Positions 1 to 9,647 of a DNA stretch of 40,395 nt are shown piece by piece. Each line of letters opens with the position of its first letter. The stretch's first letter is position 1. Under the pieces are notes generated by a model. That model saw nothing but the letters and a program-made list of their open reading frames with translations. It ran no database searches and had not been told where the DNA came from. This stretch comes from Thermovirgaceae bacterium (GTDB taxonomy: Bacteria; Synergistota; Synergistia; Synergistales; Thermovirgaceae): the NCBI GenBank assembly GCA_046542505.1, contig JBKHBH010000008.1, forward strand, positions 1 to 40,395. Reading direction: 5' to 3'. The position numbers were made by a program, and so were the translations under genes.

Positions 1-873
1 ACGACGGCAGCGGTGATTGTCATGCTCGTCCTTCCCGCCGTTGTTGTGGGTACGCTTCTGGCCAGGGAAGGCATACGGCTTTACGGTCAAGTGGTGGAGC
101 TCCTTTCTGAACTGGAAGGGCAGGATGTCACCTCGGTCCTGGATTTCCTGCCGAACTGGCTTGCCGCTCGCGGCATTCCCCTGGAAGAGCACCTCTCCAT
201 GCTCGGTGACGTCTTCCGCCAGGGGGGGCGTTGGATGGCATCCCAGGTGGCGTCTTTCTCGCGGGGCTTTCTGGGAAACGCCTTCCAGCTGGTGTACCAA
301 CTCATTGTCATTACCGTGGCGACCTTTTTCTTCATCCGTGATGGCCACGTGCTGATGGAGTATCTTAAAGATATCCTGCCCCTGCCGAAAAAAGAGCGGG
401 AGGTCCTTTTCGACAGGGCGACGCAGATTCTCCAGGCGGTCATTTACGGTCTGACCTTTACCGCCGGCATCCAAGCCGTTCTCGGAGGTCTCGGGTGGTG
501 GGGCGTCGGGCTCACGGCTCCTGTTCTCTTCAGTGCCGTCATGTTTATTTTCGCCCTCATCCCTTTCATAGGGACGCCGATGGTCCTGATCCCGGGAGCA
601 ATTTACCTTGCGGCTACAGGCCAGTGGAAATCGGCCATATTCCTCGCCGTGTGGGCTCTGGCGGTAGTGGCGAGCATCGACAACCTTATCCGCCCCCTCT
701 TTATATCGGGTGGAAGCAAGGTTCATCTTCTGATCGTTTTCATCGGTGTCATCGGCGGGCTCGCCGCGTGGGGGATCCTCGGGCTTTTCTACGGACCCCT
801 TCTGATTTCTATGTTTGTGTTTTTTCTCGACAGCTATCGCCACTTGTGGCTGAAATTCAAAAAGGAAGAATGA
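1..873 (+). CDS. AI-2E (PerM/UPF0118) family transporter, 5'-truncated by the window edge
   Basis: Frame is open from base 1. Multi-TM hydrophobic protein with family-typical segments 'FFFIRDG', 'LIPFIGT', 'IDNLIRP' and 'GLFYGP'. Confidence 0.88.
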   Translation, partial: TTAAVIVMLVLPAVVVGTLLAREGIRLYGQVVELLSELEGQDVTSVLDFLPNWLAARGIPLEEHLSMLGDVFRQGGRWMASQVASFSRGFLGNAFQLVYQLIVITVATFFFIRDGHVLMEYLKDILPLPKKEREVLFDRATQILQAVIYGLTFTAGIQAVLGGLGWWGVGLTAPVLFSAVMFIFALIPFIGTPMVLIPGAIYLAATGQWKSAIFLAVWALAVVASIDNLIRPLFISGGSKVHLLIVFIGVIGGLAAWGILGLFYGPLLISMFVFFLDSYRHLWLKFKKEE

Positions 874-900
874 ACCCTGAAGAAAGGAGAGAGAGCCTGT

Positions 901-1545
901 TTGCCTTATGTCATTGGAGTCAGCGGATACAAGAATTCCGGGAAGACTACCCTGTGCGCCGGTCTTGTCGACCTTTTGACACGGGAGAGTCTTTCCGTCG
1001 GGTACCTGAAGCATACCCACGAAACAGTGCTTCCCCGTGGGGGAAACGATACCAGCCGCCTGGCGGAGGTTACCTCAGATACGGTCATTTGGGGATCAGA
1101 CGGGTTTGCCGGCTTTCATCCCGATGAGACGGTTGACCTCAGGGATATCCTTTCCGTGGCTTTTCCGGGCAGGGATATCGTGATCGTGGAGGGCGGGAAG
1201 CACCTTGTGATGCCGAAGATCTGGGTCGGGGAACTGAAAGAAGAAGACGGGATCCATGGTGTGGTCGCCAGGTTCAATCCGCCGGAAGTTCTAGAGGAGA
1301 TGCCCTGTTTCTTTACGGGCGATGAAGGATACCTTGCGGAGTTTGTTACAGGTTTATGGCGCAAGGCCCGAAAGGGACCTGTCGAACTGTATTCGGACAA
1401 CCGCAACATCCCCGTGAAGGCTTTCGTGGGGGAATTTATAGCCGGTGGAATACGAGGGATGCTTTCGGCGCTGAAAAAACCGCCCAGCTTAGACGAAGAT
1501 CTCAGAATTTACGTCAAGCCTCAAAACGGCGCGGATGAATCCTGA
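901..1545 (+). CDS. mobB: Molybdopterin-guanine dinucleotide biosynthesis protein B
   Basis: Walker A 'GYKNSGKTT', 'VGYLKH', 'DIVIVEG'. TTG start with AGGAG upstream. Confidence 0.85.
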   Translation: MPYVIGVSGYKNSGKTTLCAGLVDLLTRESLSVGYLKHTHETVLPRGGNDTSRLAEVTSDTVIWGSDGFAGFHPDETVDLRDILSVAFPGRDIVIVEGGKHLVMPKIWVGELKEEDGIHGVVARFNPPEVLEEMPCFFTGDEGYLAEFVTGLWRKARKGPVELYSDNRNIPVKAFVGEFIAGGIRGMLSALKKPPSLDEDLRIYVKPQNGADES

Positions 1546-1555
1546 AAAAGGGCTC

Positions 1556-1584
1556 TTGTCTGAAAAAGCGGGCGAGACTATAAT
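1556..1584 (+). promoter_or_regulatory. Sigma70-type promoter for the membrane pyrophosphatase
   Basis: TTGTCT (1556-1561), 17-bp spacer, TATAAT (1579-1584). Confidence 0.75.
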
Positions 1585-1673
1585 GATGGTCGCTTGAACG
1601 CCCGCTGCCGCTTTCGAGCGGGCAGTCGTCTGTCATGCAATTTATTGAGTATGGATTAGGGAGGTTTCATCGT

Positions 1674-3632
1674 ATGAGTACGCAGATTCTCATGATTGCA
1701 GGAGGGGCCGGCCTCCTCGCCCTGGTTTACGCCGTCATCGCCACTGGCAAGGTCCGGGCCTTTAGTGTCACCAACGAAAGGATTCTGGAGTTGTCTTCGA
1801 TCATCCAGAAAGGCGCCATGACCTTTCTGGCCAGGGAGTACAAGGCGCTCATCCCGTTCGTGGTCGTTGTCGCCATTCTCCTGGGCTGGAAGATCAGCAT
1901 GGCTTCATCGGTTTCGTTCCTGTTCGGAGCACTGTGTAGCGGGCTGGCAGGATATGTCGGGATGAGGGTAGCCACCGGAGCGAACGGGAAGACCGCTTTT
2001 GCAGCCAATGAAGGCGTCAACCCTGCATTGCGAATCGCCTTCATGGGCGGAACCGTTATGGGCATGTCCGTTGTAGGGATCGGTATTCTCGGAATCGCGG
2101 TGAGCTATTTCATCTATCGTGACCCGTCTCTCATCACGGGTTTCGGGTTCGGGGCAAGTTCCATCGCTCTCTTTGCGCGTGTCGGAGGCGGCATCTACAC
2201 CAAGGCCGCCGACGTCGGCGCCGACCTCGTCGGCAAGGTCGAGGCGGGAATCCCAGAAGATGACCCGCGAAACCCGGCTGTCATCGCCGACAATGTAGGC
2301 GATAACGTGGGCGACATTGCTGGCATGGGTGCCGATCTTTTCGAGTCCTACGTCAACTCCATCATAGCCGCCATGGCAATCGGCCTGGTCGTTTTCGGTG
2401 ATGTGGGAGTCGCGTACCCGCTGCTTCTCGCCGCATTGGGGATTGTTTCGGCGGTGATCGGGACCTTCTTCGTGCGGGTGAAAGAAGGCGGAGATCCACA
2501 GCTGGCTCTCAGGATGGGTACCATGACCACAGGAGTGCTCATGATCGCAGGTTCCTTCTTTTTGACGCGGGGCATTTTCGATGATACAACGCTGTTTTAC
2601 GCCGTTGCCGCAGGTGTCGCCGTCGGGGTTCTCATCGGCCTCGTGACGGAAATCTACACTTCCTCGGGATACAGTCCTGTCAAACAGATCGCCGAGGCCT
2701 CCGAGACAGGAACGGCTACGAACATTCTTGCCGGAATCGGTGTGGGCATGAAGTCAACGGCGATACCGGTGCTTCTGATTTGTGCCGCCATCCTCGTGGG
2801 CGTGAGGTTCGGCGGGCTCTACGGGATTGCATGTGCCGCCGTGGGGATGCTTTCGATAACGGGCATGTCCCTGAGTGTCGACGCCTACGGGCCGATTTCG
2901 GACAATGCCGGCGGGATCGCCGAGATGAGCCACATGTCTCCTGAAGTCCGGAAGATTACTGACAAGCTCGACGCCGTGGGCAATACCACCGCAGCCATTG
3001 GCAAGGGGCTTGCCATCGGAAGTGCCGCCCTGACGGCGTTGGCTCTTTTCGCCGCCTATGCCACTGCAGTGGGTGTGGATGTCATCGACCTGAACAACCC
3101 GAAAGTCATGGTCGGCCTCTTTATTGGAGGGATGCTTCCATTCCTCTTCAGTGCGCTGACGATCCAGGCTGTAGGAAGGGCGGCATCCAAGATGATCGAC
3201 GAGGTGAGGCGACAGTTCCGCGAGGTTCCCGGTATCATGGAGGGTACAGGGCGCCCGGAGTACGAACGTTGCGTTGATATTTCGACAGCGGCGTCGCTCA
3301 AGGAAATGGTCGTCCCCGGGCTTCTGGCGGTGATCACCCCTGTTCTGATCGGGTTGTTCCTCGGGGCGGAAGCCCTGGGAGGGCTTCTGGGCGGTTCCAT
3401 CGTTACTGGCGTCATGATGGCTATTTTCATGTCCAATGCGGGTGGAGCCTGGGATAACGCGAAAAAATATATTGAAGAAGGGCACCACGGCGGGAAGGGG
3501 TCGGAGCCTCATGCAGCGGCCGTTGTCGGGGATACCGTCGGCGACCCCTTCAAGGATACAGCGGGGCCGAGCCTCAACATTCTCATCAAGCTCATGTCGG
3601 TGGTCGCCCTCGTGCTGGCTCCTCTTTTTTAA
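1674..3632 (+). CDS. hppA: K+-dependent, probably Na+-translocating membrane pyrophosphatase
   Basis: Motifs '[20 protein letters not shown]', 'DNVGDNVGD', 'GGAWDNAKK', '[10 protein letters not shown]'. 'GNTTAA' has the Ala of the K+-dependent class, and 'ADLFESY' has Glu at the Na+-PPase gate position. Start set at ATG 1674 behind AGGGAGG. Confidence 0.95.
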   Translation: MSTQILMIAGGAGLLALVYAVIATGKVRAFSVTNERILELSSIIQKGAMTFLAREYKALIPFVVVVAILLGWKISMASSVSFLFGALCSGLAGYVGMRVATGANGKTAFAANEGVNPALRIAFMGGTVMGMSVVGIGILGIAVSYFIYRDPSLITGFGFGASSIALFARVGGGIYTKAADVGADLVGKVEAGIPEDDPRNPAVIADNVGDNVGDIAGMGADLFESYVNSIIAAMAIGLVVFGDVGVAYPLLLAALGIVSAVIGTFFVRVKEGGDPQLALRMGTMTTGVLMIAGSFFLTRGIFDDTTLFYAVAAGVAVGVLIGLVTEIYTSSGYSPVKQIAEASETGTATNILAGIGVGMKSTAIPVLLICAAILVGVRFGGLYGIACAAVGMLSITGMSLSVDAYGPISDNAGGIAEMSHMSPEVRKITDKLDAVGNTTAAIGKGLAIGSAALTALALFAAYATAVGVDVIDLNNPKVMVGLFIGGMLPFLFSALTIQAVGRAASKMIDEVRRQFREVPGIMEGTGRPEYERCVDISTAASLKEMVVPGLLAVITPVLIGLFLGAEALGGLLGGSIVTGVMMAIFMSNAGGAWDNAKKYIEEGHHGGKGSEPHAAAVVGDTVGDPFKDTAGPSLNILIKLMSVVALVLAPLF

Positions 3633-3677
3633 GCGCCACAGATGCGCGTTTTGCTGAAAAAGGTGCGACAATAAGGA

Positions 3678-3703
3678 AAGGGGAGAGCTTGTGCTCTCCC
3701 CTT
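3678..3703. terminator. Perfect 11-bp hairpin between hppA and dnaG, possible terminator
   Basis: AAGGGGAGAGC-TTGT-GCTCTCCCCTT. The U-tract is weak on both strands. Confidence 0.55.
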
Positions 3704-3725
3704 CTGCTTCAGGGGGGGCTCCCGA

Positions 3726-5468
3726 GTGGCGCGTGATGAAATCGAAGAGGTCAGGGAACGTCTCGACATCGTAGAGGTTATAGGGGATTATCTCCGGCTG
3801 CACCGTTCGGGCCGGAACTACCGTGCATTGTGCCCTTTTCACAGCGAGAAGACGCCATCCTTCTACGTTTCACCGGAAAGACAAACGTGGCACTGCTTTG
3901 GATGCGGAAGAGGGGGCGACGTCTTCTCTTTCGTCATGGAACAGGAAGGATTGTCTTTCCCGGAAGCGTTACGTCTTCTCGCCGACCGGGCGGGCGTCAC
4001 ACTCAAGGCCCGGGGAGGCGACAAGGGAGCGAAAGATCTCTACGAGATAATGAACGAGGCCCATGCGTTTTACCGCGACCAGATGCAATCCCGTGGAGCG
4101 GAAGCCGCCAGGGCCTATCTCGCAAGACGCGGGATCGAGCCGAAGCGTGCCGTGCAATTCGAGCTCGGGTGGGCCCCCCAGGGATGGGATGCGTTGAAGC
4201 GTCATTTTTCGGCCGGAGGAATCCCCCTCCGCCAGGCCATCCAGGCTGGCCTTATCGTGGAAGGGGACAGGGGCACATATGATCGTTTCAGAGGTCGGAT
4301 CCTGTTCCCCATCAAAGATGTCCGTGGTCGTGTTATTGCCCTCGGAGGAAGGATCATATCCGGTGAAGGGGCGAAATACATCAACAGTCCCGAGAGTCCG
4401 ATATACAGCAAGAGGTCCAGCCTGTATCTTTTGAGCTCGGCCAAGAAGGCCATGCGGGACAATGGCAGGGCGATCCTCGTTGAAGGGTATATGGATGCGC
4501 TCAAGTTGCATCTTGAGGGCTTCACCGAAACAGTGGCCACGCTTGGAACCTCCCTCACGGAAGAACAGGCAGCGCTTCTCAAGCGCTTTTGCGAACAGTG
4601 CCTTATCTGCTACGATGCGGACATTGCGGGTCAGGAAGCCGCGATACGGGGGATGTACCTTTTGCAGCGTTCCGGTCTTGATATTCGGGTCGTCGCCCTC
4701 CCCGAGAGGATGGATCCCGATGACCTGGTGAGTAGCGATGGTGGTCGGAACCGGTTTGAGGGCCTTCTCGGAAAGGCCGCCCCGTTGCCTTTGTTTCACA
4801 TCGCAGCAAAAATGAACGAACTCCTCGACGAGACCCGGGCAAATAGTGCCCGCCGGGAGATCATTGAAGGACTTGCGGGGTTGCCGGTCCTTGAGGCCAA
4901 CAGGTACCTGCCTGAAGTGGCCAGACGTCTCGGCCTGCTGTTGCCTGAACTTGTCCGTGCCCTGGAAAAAGCCAGGGAGTCTTCAAGCGGCAGGGACCAC
5001 AAAGACCGCCGGATGCGTGAAAATGTTCCTGCAGAGGACAAACAGAAAAAAGAGGCGGGTGTGCCGCCTGCGGACCCGTTGGAATCGGCGTTGTGCTATC
5101 TTTTATGGACAGACCCGAAGCTGCGGGCCACATCGTCACCGGAGCAGGTTCTCCCCCTTCTGTCTGATGAGGTTGTCCAGTCCATTGTCTCGGCACTCCT
5201 GCAGGGAGAGGATCCGGTGGTACTTGAGAACCGCTGGCATGAAACGGGAGAACGCCGGCCCATGGCGGTATTGGCCGCAGGGGGCGCGCACCTGGATGAA
5301 TACGATGAAGAAACCCGCCGGGATGTCCTGTTTTCTGCATTGAAGCGGCGCAAGGACCAACGGCGGTTCCGCTTTCTCAAGGAGAAAAAGGCGCGCGGGG
5401 AGGCCTCCATGGAAGACATCCGTGAATTTGCCGATCTCGCGAAGGCCCTGAAAGGAGGTTCCCGATAG
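3726..5468 (+). CDS. dnaG: DNA primase
   Basis: CHC2 zinc finger 'CPFH...CFGC', '[11 protein letters not shown]', 'KYINSPE', TOPRIM 'VEGYMD', 'YDAD', 'DPD'. Confidence 0.97.
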   Translation: MARDEIEEVRERLDIVEVIGDYLRLHRSGRNYRALCPFHSEKTPSFYVSPERQTWHCFGCGRGGDVFSFVMEQEGLSFPEALRLLADRAGVTLKARGGDKGAKDLYEIMNEAHAFYRDQMQSRGAEAARAYLARRGIEPKRAVQFELGWAPQGWDALKRHFSAGGIPLRQAIQAGLIVEGDRGTYDRFRGRILFPIKDVRGRVIALGGRIISGEGAKYINSPESPIYSKRSSLYLLSSAKKAMRDNGRAILVEGYMDALKLHLEGFTETVATLGTSLTEEQAALLKRFCEQCLICYDADIAGQEAAIRGMYLLQRSGLDIRVVALPERMDPDDLVSSDGGRNRFEGLLGKAAPLPLFHIAAKMNELLDETRANSARREIIEGLAGLPVLEANRYLPEVARRLGLLLPELVRALEKARESSSGRDHKDRRMRENVPAEDKQKKEAGVPPADPLESALCYLLWTDPKLRATSSPEQVLPLLSDEVVQSIVSALLQGEDPVVLENRWHETGERRPMAVLAAGGAHLDEYDEETRRDVLFSALKRRKDQRRFRFLKEKKARGEASMEDIREFADLAKALKGGSR

Positions 5469-5469
5469 G

Positions 5470-6621
5470 ATGGCAAAAAAGAAGGAAAGCCGTACCTCTG
5501 CTGAAGGAACCCAGGCGGTGGAAATGGAATCAAAAGAAATCATGCGCTATATCGAAAATTTCAAGGAACTCCTGCACGTGGGTAGGGAAAAGGGATTCGT
5601 TACCTACGAAGATATCGAGAAGCATCTTCCGGGCGAGCTGATCAACGCGGAAACCCTGGACAGCCTGTATTTCAACCTGATGGAGCTTGGCATCGATCTT
5701 GTGGAAGAAGAGAAGCAGAAAGAGGTCGAGGGCGAAGAAGAGAGCGCCCCTGTAGCGGAATTTACCGAGGAAATGGGGACGCTGGAGGATTTGCCTCTGT
5801 CGGATCCCGTTCGCATGTACCTTAGAGAGATCGGGAAGATACCTCTTTTGAAACCGGAAGAGGAAGTCGAGCTGGCCAAGCGTGTTGAAGCGGGGGATCC
5901 GGTGGGGAAAGCGAAGCTCGTGGAGGCGAACCTCAGGCTTGTTGTCAGTATCGCCAAAAAATACATCGGGCGCGGGATGCTTTTCCTTGATCTCATCCAG
6001 GAAGGGAACCTCGGACTGATTCGGGCTGTTGAGAAGTTCGACTACCGCAAAGGATTCAAGTTCAGCACCTACGCCACGTGGTGGATCAGACAGGCCATCA
6101 CGCGCGCGATCGCCGACCAGGCCAGGACTATCAGGATCCCGGTGCATATGGTGGAGACCATCAACAAGTTGATCAGGATTTCCAGACAGCTTGTCCAGCG
6201 CCTTGGCCGGGAGCCGACGGCTGAAGAAATAGCCCGGGAAATGGGAATTGCCTCCGACAGGGTGGAGGAAATTCAGCGGATAGCCCAGGAACCGGTATCC
6301 CTGGAGACTCCCATAGGCGAGGAGGAAGACAGCCAGCTTGGCGATTTTCTGGAGGACAAGGAGCTTCCCAGCCCTGAGGACGCCGCGGCTGGACAGCTTT
6401 TGCGGGAACAGCTGGAGGGCATGCTCGAAGATCTCACGGAGCGGGAGAAAGAAGTCCTGCGATTGAGGTTTGGCCTCGAGGACGGGCATCCCTACACGTT
6501 GGAAGAAGTAGGACGCCGCTTCGGTGTGACCCGTGAGCGGATCAGGCAGATTGAAGCGAAGGCGCTCAGGAAGCTCCGCCATCCCAGCAGGAGCAAGAAG
6601 CTCAGGGATTTCCTCGAATAA
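5470..6621 (+). CDS. rpoD: RNA polymerase primary sigma factor (short SigA type)
   Basis: '[11 protein letters not shown]', '[13 protein letters not shown]', '[30 protein letters not shown]', 'TRERIRQIE'. Directly follows dnaG. Confidence 0.98.
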   Translation: MAKKKESRTSAEGTQAVEMESKEIMRYIENFKELLHVGREKGFVTYEDIEKHLPGELINAETLDSLYFNLMELGIDLVEEEKQKEVEGEEESAPVAEFTEEMGTLEDLPLSDPVRMYLREIGKIPLLKPEEEVELAKRVEAGDPVGKAKLVEANLRLVVSIAKKYIGRGMLFLDLIQEGNLGLIRAVEKFDYRKGFKFSTYATWWIRQAITRAIADQARTIRIPVHMVETINKLIRISRQLVQRLGREPTAEEIAREMGIASDRVEEIQRIAQEPVSLETPIGEEEDSQLGDFLEDKELPSPEDAAAGQLLREQLEGMLEDLTEREKEVLRLRFGLEDGHPYTLEEVGRRFGVTRERIRQIEAKALRKLRHPSRSKKLRDFLE

Positions 6622-6628
6622 AACCGCG

Positions 6629-6668
6629 AAAAAAAACGCCGGGGGAGGCATCAGCCTCCCCCAGCGTT
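6629..6668 (-). terminator. Intrinsic terminator oriented on the minus strand
   Basis: Stem CGC-C-GGGGGAGGC / GCCTCCCCC-A-GCG. The C.A mismatch on + is a G.U pair on -, and A8 at 6629-6636 gives a U8 tail on -. Confidence 0.7.
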
Positions 6669-6674
6669 CCCGGC

Positions 6675-6704
6675 AAAAAAGAAAAAAGCGCCATAACACG
6701 ACGC
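6675..6704 (-). terminator. Second, weaker minus-strand terminator-like hairpin
   Basis: Minus strand reads GCGTCGT-GTT-ATGGCGC (two G.U pairs), followed by TTTTTTCTTTTTT. Confidence 0.45.
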
Positions 6705-6741
6705 AACCGGTCAAAAGGTCCGATCTGGTAAATGATACTTT

Positions 6742-6750
6742 TGCTATAAT
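6742..6750 (+). promoter_or_regulatory. Extended -10 promoter for the S4 gene and probably eno-rex
   Basis: TG-C-TATAAT, 30 nt upstream of ATG 6781. Confidence 0.65.
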
Positions 6751-6780
6751 AAAACAAGGATTGTTCTTGGGGGAACAAAG

Positions 6781-7053
6781 ATGCGCCTCGACAGGTTTCT
6801 CAAACTTGCCAGAATCATCAAAAGAAGGTCTCTCGCGCAAGAAATGATTGATATCGGAGCCGTGCGCGTCAATGCCTCTGTAGCGAAAGCATCCAGGGAA
6901 GTTCGGGAAGGGGACGTCATCGAGGTCGCTTTCCCGAGGAAAGTCCTGACGGTAAAAACCCTGTACTACACCGAAAAGGATCTCAAGCGAGGCAGCAAGG
7001 CCTATGAAATCATCGAGGAGCGAACTGTCTCGGGAGAGGACAGGCCATGGTAG
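6781..7053 (+). CDS. RNA-binding S4 domain protein (YabO/RqcP/Hsp15-like)
   Basis: 'MRLDRFLKLARIIKRRSLAQE...V.VN...KAS.EV..GDVI'; 90 aa. Confidence 0.9.
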   Translation: MRLDRFLKLARIIKRRSLAQEMIDIGAVRVNASVAKASREVREGDVIEVAFPRKVLTVKTLYYTEKDLKRGSKAYEIIEERTVSGEDRPW

Positions 7054-7108
7054 GTGCCCCGCTCATCAAAGGGGCAGAAAATCTCGAACAGATGAGAGGT
7101 GATTCCCG

Positions 7109-8416
7109 GTGAGCGAAATTATCGGCATACATTCGAGGGAAATACTGGATTCGCGGGGGAATCCGACGGTAGAAACGGAGGTCTGGCTGGAATCCGGTGC
7201 CATAGGTCGGGCTGCGGTTCCCTCGGGGGCCTCGACGGGCAGCTTCGAGGCCATCGAACTTCGGGACGGAAAGAAGCGGTATTTCGGGAAAGGTGTGCAG
7301 CTGGCGGTCTCAAATGTCACGGAAAAGATTGCACCGGAACTTGTCGGCCTTGACCCTGTGAACATAAGTGCCCTGGACAGGATCATGCTTGAGCTGGACG
7401 GCACGGAAAACAAGGAAAACCTGGGAGCCAACGCGATTCTGTCCGTTTCCATGGCTGCAGCTCGTGCCGCGGCTTCGGAGCGGGACCTCCCGCTGTGGGC
7501 GTTTCTGGGCGGAGCAGGCCCCTACTCACTTCCTGTTCCCCTCATGAATGTGATCAACGGCGGAGGGCATGCAGACAACAATCTGGATATCCAGGAGTTC
7601 ATGATCGTTCCGTGCGGGGCCCCTTCTTTTGCGGAATCACTCCGCACGGGGGCGGAAATCTACCACACCCTGAAGAAAGTTCTCAAGGAGGACGGCTTTT
7701 CCACCGGGATCGGTGATGAAGGCGGGTTCGCGCCCGATCTTGATTCAAACCGCCAGGCCATTGAGGTTCTCGTCAAGGCCATTGAGAGAGCAGGGTACGC
7801 GCCGGGCAAAGATGTGGGACTTGCACTGGATGTGGCTCCAACAGAATTTTACAGGGAAAAGGCCTATCATTTCAGCGGGGAGGGCAAGGTGCTCACCGCT
7901 CAGGAACTGGTGTCCTATTACGAAGGTCTTTGCAGGGAATTTCCGGTTCTTTCAATTGAAGATGGTATGGCCGAGGAAGACTGGGATGGCTGGAAACTGA
8001 TGACCGAAAGACTTGGTGCAAAAATCCAGCTCGTCGGTGACGACGTCTTCGTGACCAACCCCTTGAGACTTGCAAGAGGTATCAGCGAAGGAACCGCCAA
8101 CTCGATCCTCATCAAACTGAACCAGATCGGTTCTGTTTCGGAGACTCTTTCCGTCATCGAGATGGCGAAGAAAAACGGTTATAACTGCGTCATTTCCCAC
8201 AGGTCCGGCGAAACGGACGACACTTTTATCAGTGATCTCGCCGTGGGAACAGCGGCGGGACAGATAAAGACAGGCGCGCCGGCCCGTACCGACAGAGTCG
8301 CCAAGTATAATCAGCTTCTGCGGATAGAAGAAGAACTTCGGGAGATAGCCCCCTTCGCGGGTTTCGGGGAGTTTCCGAGATACCGGAACCCATCGGGTGA
8401 AGGACCTGGAAGGTGA
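7109..8416 (+). CDS. eno: Enolase (phosphopyruvate hydratase)
   Basis: '[13 protein letters not shown]', 'VPSGASTG', 'GDEGGFAP', 'SHRSGET', 'QIKTGA', '[11 protein letters not shown]'. Confidence 0.98.
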   Translation: MSEIIGIHSREILDSRGNPTVETEVWLESGAIGRAAVPSGASTGSFEAIELRDGKKRYFGKGVQLAVSNVTEKIAPELVGLDPVNISALDRIMLELDGTENKENLGANAILSVSMAAARAAASERDLPLWAFLGGAGPYSLPVPLMNVINGGGHADNNLDIQEFMIVPCGAPSFAESLRTGAEIYHTLKKVLKEDGFSTGIGDEGGFAPDLDSNRQAIEVLVKAIERAGYAPGKDVGLALDVAPTEFYREKAYHFSGEGKVLTAQELVSYYEGLCREFPVLSIEDGMAEEDWDGWKLMTERLGAKIQLVGDDVFVTNPLRLARGISEGTANSILIKLNQIGSVSETLSVIEMAKKNGYNCVISHRSGETDDTFISDLAVGTAAGQIKTGAPARTDRVAKYNQLLRIEEELREIAPFAGFGEFPRYRNPSGEGPGR

Positions 8417-8478
8417 AAGGCATGGTTCAGGGAAGGAATCCGAATGCCAGGGGCGGTATGATCAGGGGAGAAGAATGC

Positions 8479-9108
8479 ATGCTGCGTATCGCCGAACCGA
8501 CGGTGGAAAGACTGGTTCAGTATTACAGGCTCCTGACCCAGCTTCATGATGAAGGCAGGAAAGTGGTTTCGTCCCAGGAGATAGGAGACATGCTGGGGCT
8601 CAAGGCAAGTCAGGTGCGCAAGGATCTTTCCTACTTCGGAGAGATCGGAAAACGCGGAGTCGGATATCACGTGGAACGGCTCTACCAGCATGTCAGCGAC
8701 ATCCTTTCCCCGAACCGCGTCTGGAAAATCGCTCTCGTGGGTGTAGGAAGGCTCGGGGAGGCGCTTTTGGGGCACAAGGCCTTGAGAAGCGAAAAGTTCC
8801 GGCTGGAGGCCCTTTTCGACAATGACCCTGAAAAGGTCGGGACGTCAATATACGGGATTCCCTGCTATCATTCAGACAGCTTGCCGGAAATTCTCAGGGA
8901 GAAGGGAATCGAGGTCATCGTGCTGACCGTTCCGGCGGTGGCGGCCCAACAAGTTGTGGACAAGGCTGCGGCCTCAGGGAACCTCAAGGGCATACTGAAT
9001 TTCGCAACAGCTACCATTGCCGTCCCTGAAGGTGTCTTGGTGTACCGGGTCGACATCTCCATCGAGCTCGAAAAACTGCTTTTCTACTTGAAAGGACCGG
9101 CCGGCTGA
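8479..9108 (+). CDS. rex: Redox-sensing transcriptional repressor Rex
   Basis: wHTH 'QVRKDLSYFG..GKRGVGY', Rossmann 'VGVGRLG', 'ILNFA'. Start set at ATG 8479 behind GGGGAG. Confidence 0.93.
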   Translation: MLRIAEPTVERLVQYYRLLTQLHDEGRKVVSSQEIGDMLGLKASQVRKDLSYFGEIGKRGVGYHVERLYQHVSDILSPNRVWKIALVGVGRLGEALLGHKALRSEKFRLEALFDNDPEKVGTSIYGIPCYHSDSLPEILREKGIEVIVLTVPAVAAQQVVDKAAASGNLKGILNFATATIAVPEGVLVYRVDISIELEKLLFYLKGPAG

Positions 9109-9139
9109 AAAAAACACGTTTCCTCCGACGAACCGGTCA

Positions 9140-9148
9140 TGATAGAAT
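9140..9148 (+). promoter_or_regulatory. Candidate extended -10 promoter for yajC
   Basis: TG-A-TAGAAT, about 48 nt upstream of the yajC start. Confidence 0.5.
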
Positions 9149-9196
9149 GTGCATTGCGAATTTGAACGGACAACATAGAGCAAGGAGGCGTCATAA

Positions 9197-9547
9197 TTGC
9201 AGCAGAGCGGATTAATGGGTATGCTCCTTCCTTTGGCGGTTTTTGTGGTGATTTTCTATTTCCTCATCATCAGGCCACAAAAGAAACGGCAGAGGAAACA
9301 TGAAGAAATGCTCGCGTCAATCCGGCCGGGCGATCAGGTTGTTACGGCCGGCGGCTTTTTTGGAATCGTCAAGGCCGTCAAAGACGACAGCTACATTCTT
9401 GAAATTGCCGACGGAACCAAAGCCAGGGTCCTGAAATCGTCCATACAGATGAAGCGCGCCTCGGGCGAGAGCGAGAGTCCGGCTGAAACGGATGTTTCCG
9501 ATTCTTCGAAGGACAGGAAAGAAGAGGACGAACAGAAGGAAACCTAG
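9197..9547 (+). CDS. yajC: Preprotein translocase subunit YajC
   Basis: 'IFYFLIIRPQKKRQ', 'GDQVVTAGG'. TTG start behind AAGGAGG; upstream of secD. Confidence 0.95.
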   Translation: MQQSGLMGMLLPLAVFVVIFYFLIIRPQKKRQRKHEEMLASIRPGDQVVTAGGFFGIVKAVKDDSYILEIADGTKARVLKSSIQMKRASGESESPAETDVSDSSKDRKEEDEQKET

Positions 9548-9570
9548 GTCCAGGTGCCGTAAAGAAACGG

Positions 9571-9608
9571 AGGCGGAGTGGATGCCTCGCATCCGCTCCG
9601 CTTTTTGT
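9571..9608 (+). terminator. Strong intrinsic terminator between yajC and secD
   Basis: 13-bp stem GCGGAGTGGATGC-CTC-GCATCCGCTCCGC (one U.G pair), followed by TTTTTGT. Confidence 0.75.
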
Positions 9609-9647
9609 GATTGACGCCCGGAAGGGGCAAACAAAGGAGGTCACGCG

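Noticed and set aside
5530..6840. 436-aa minus-strand ORF antisense to rpoD
   Set aside because: No recognisable motifs. It mirrors a highly conserved gene, as expected from codon bias at this GC content, and runs through two minus-strand terminator hairpins.
9624..9646. GGGCAAAC and GGTCACGC resembling pieces of a c-di-GMP-I riboswitch
   Set aside because: The pieces are in the wrong order, overlap the secD RBS, and leave no room for the two-stem aptamer.
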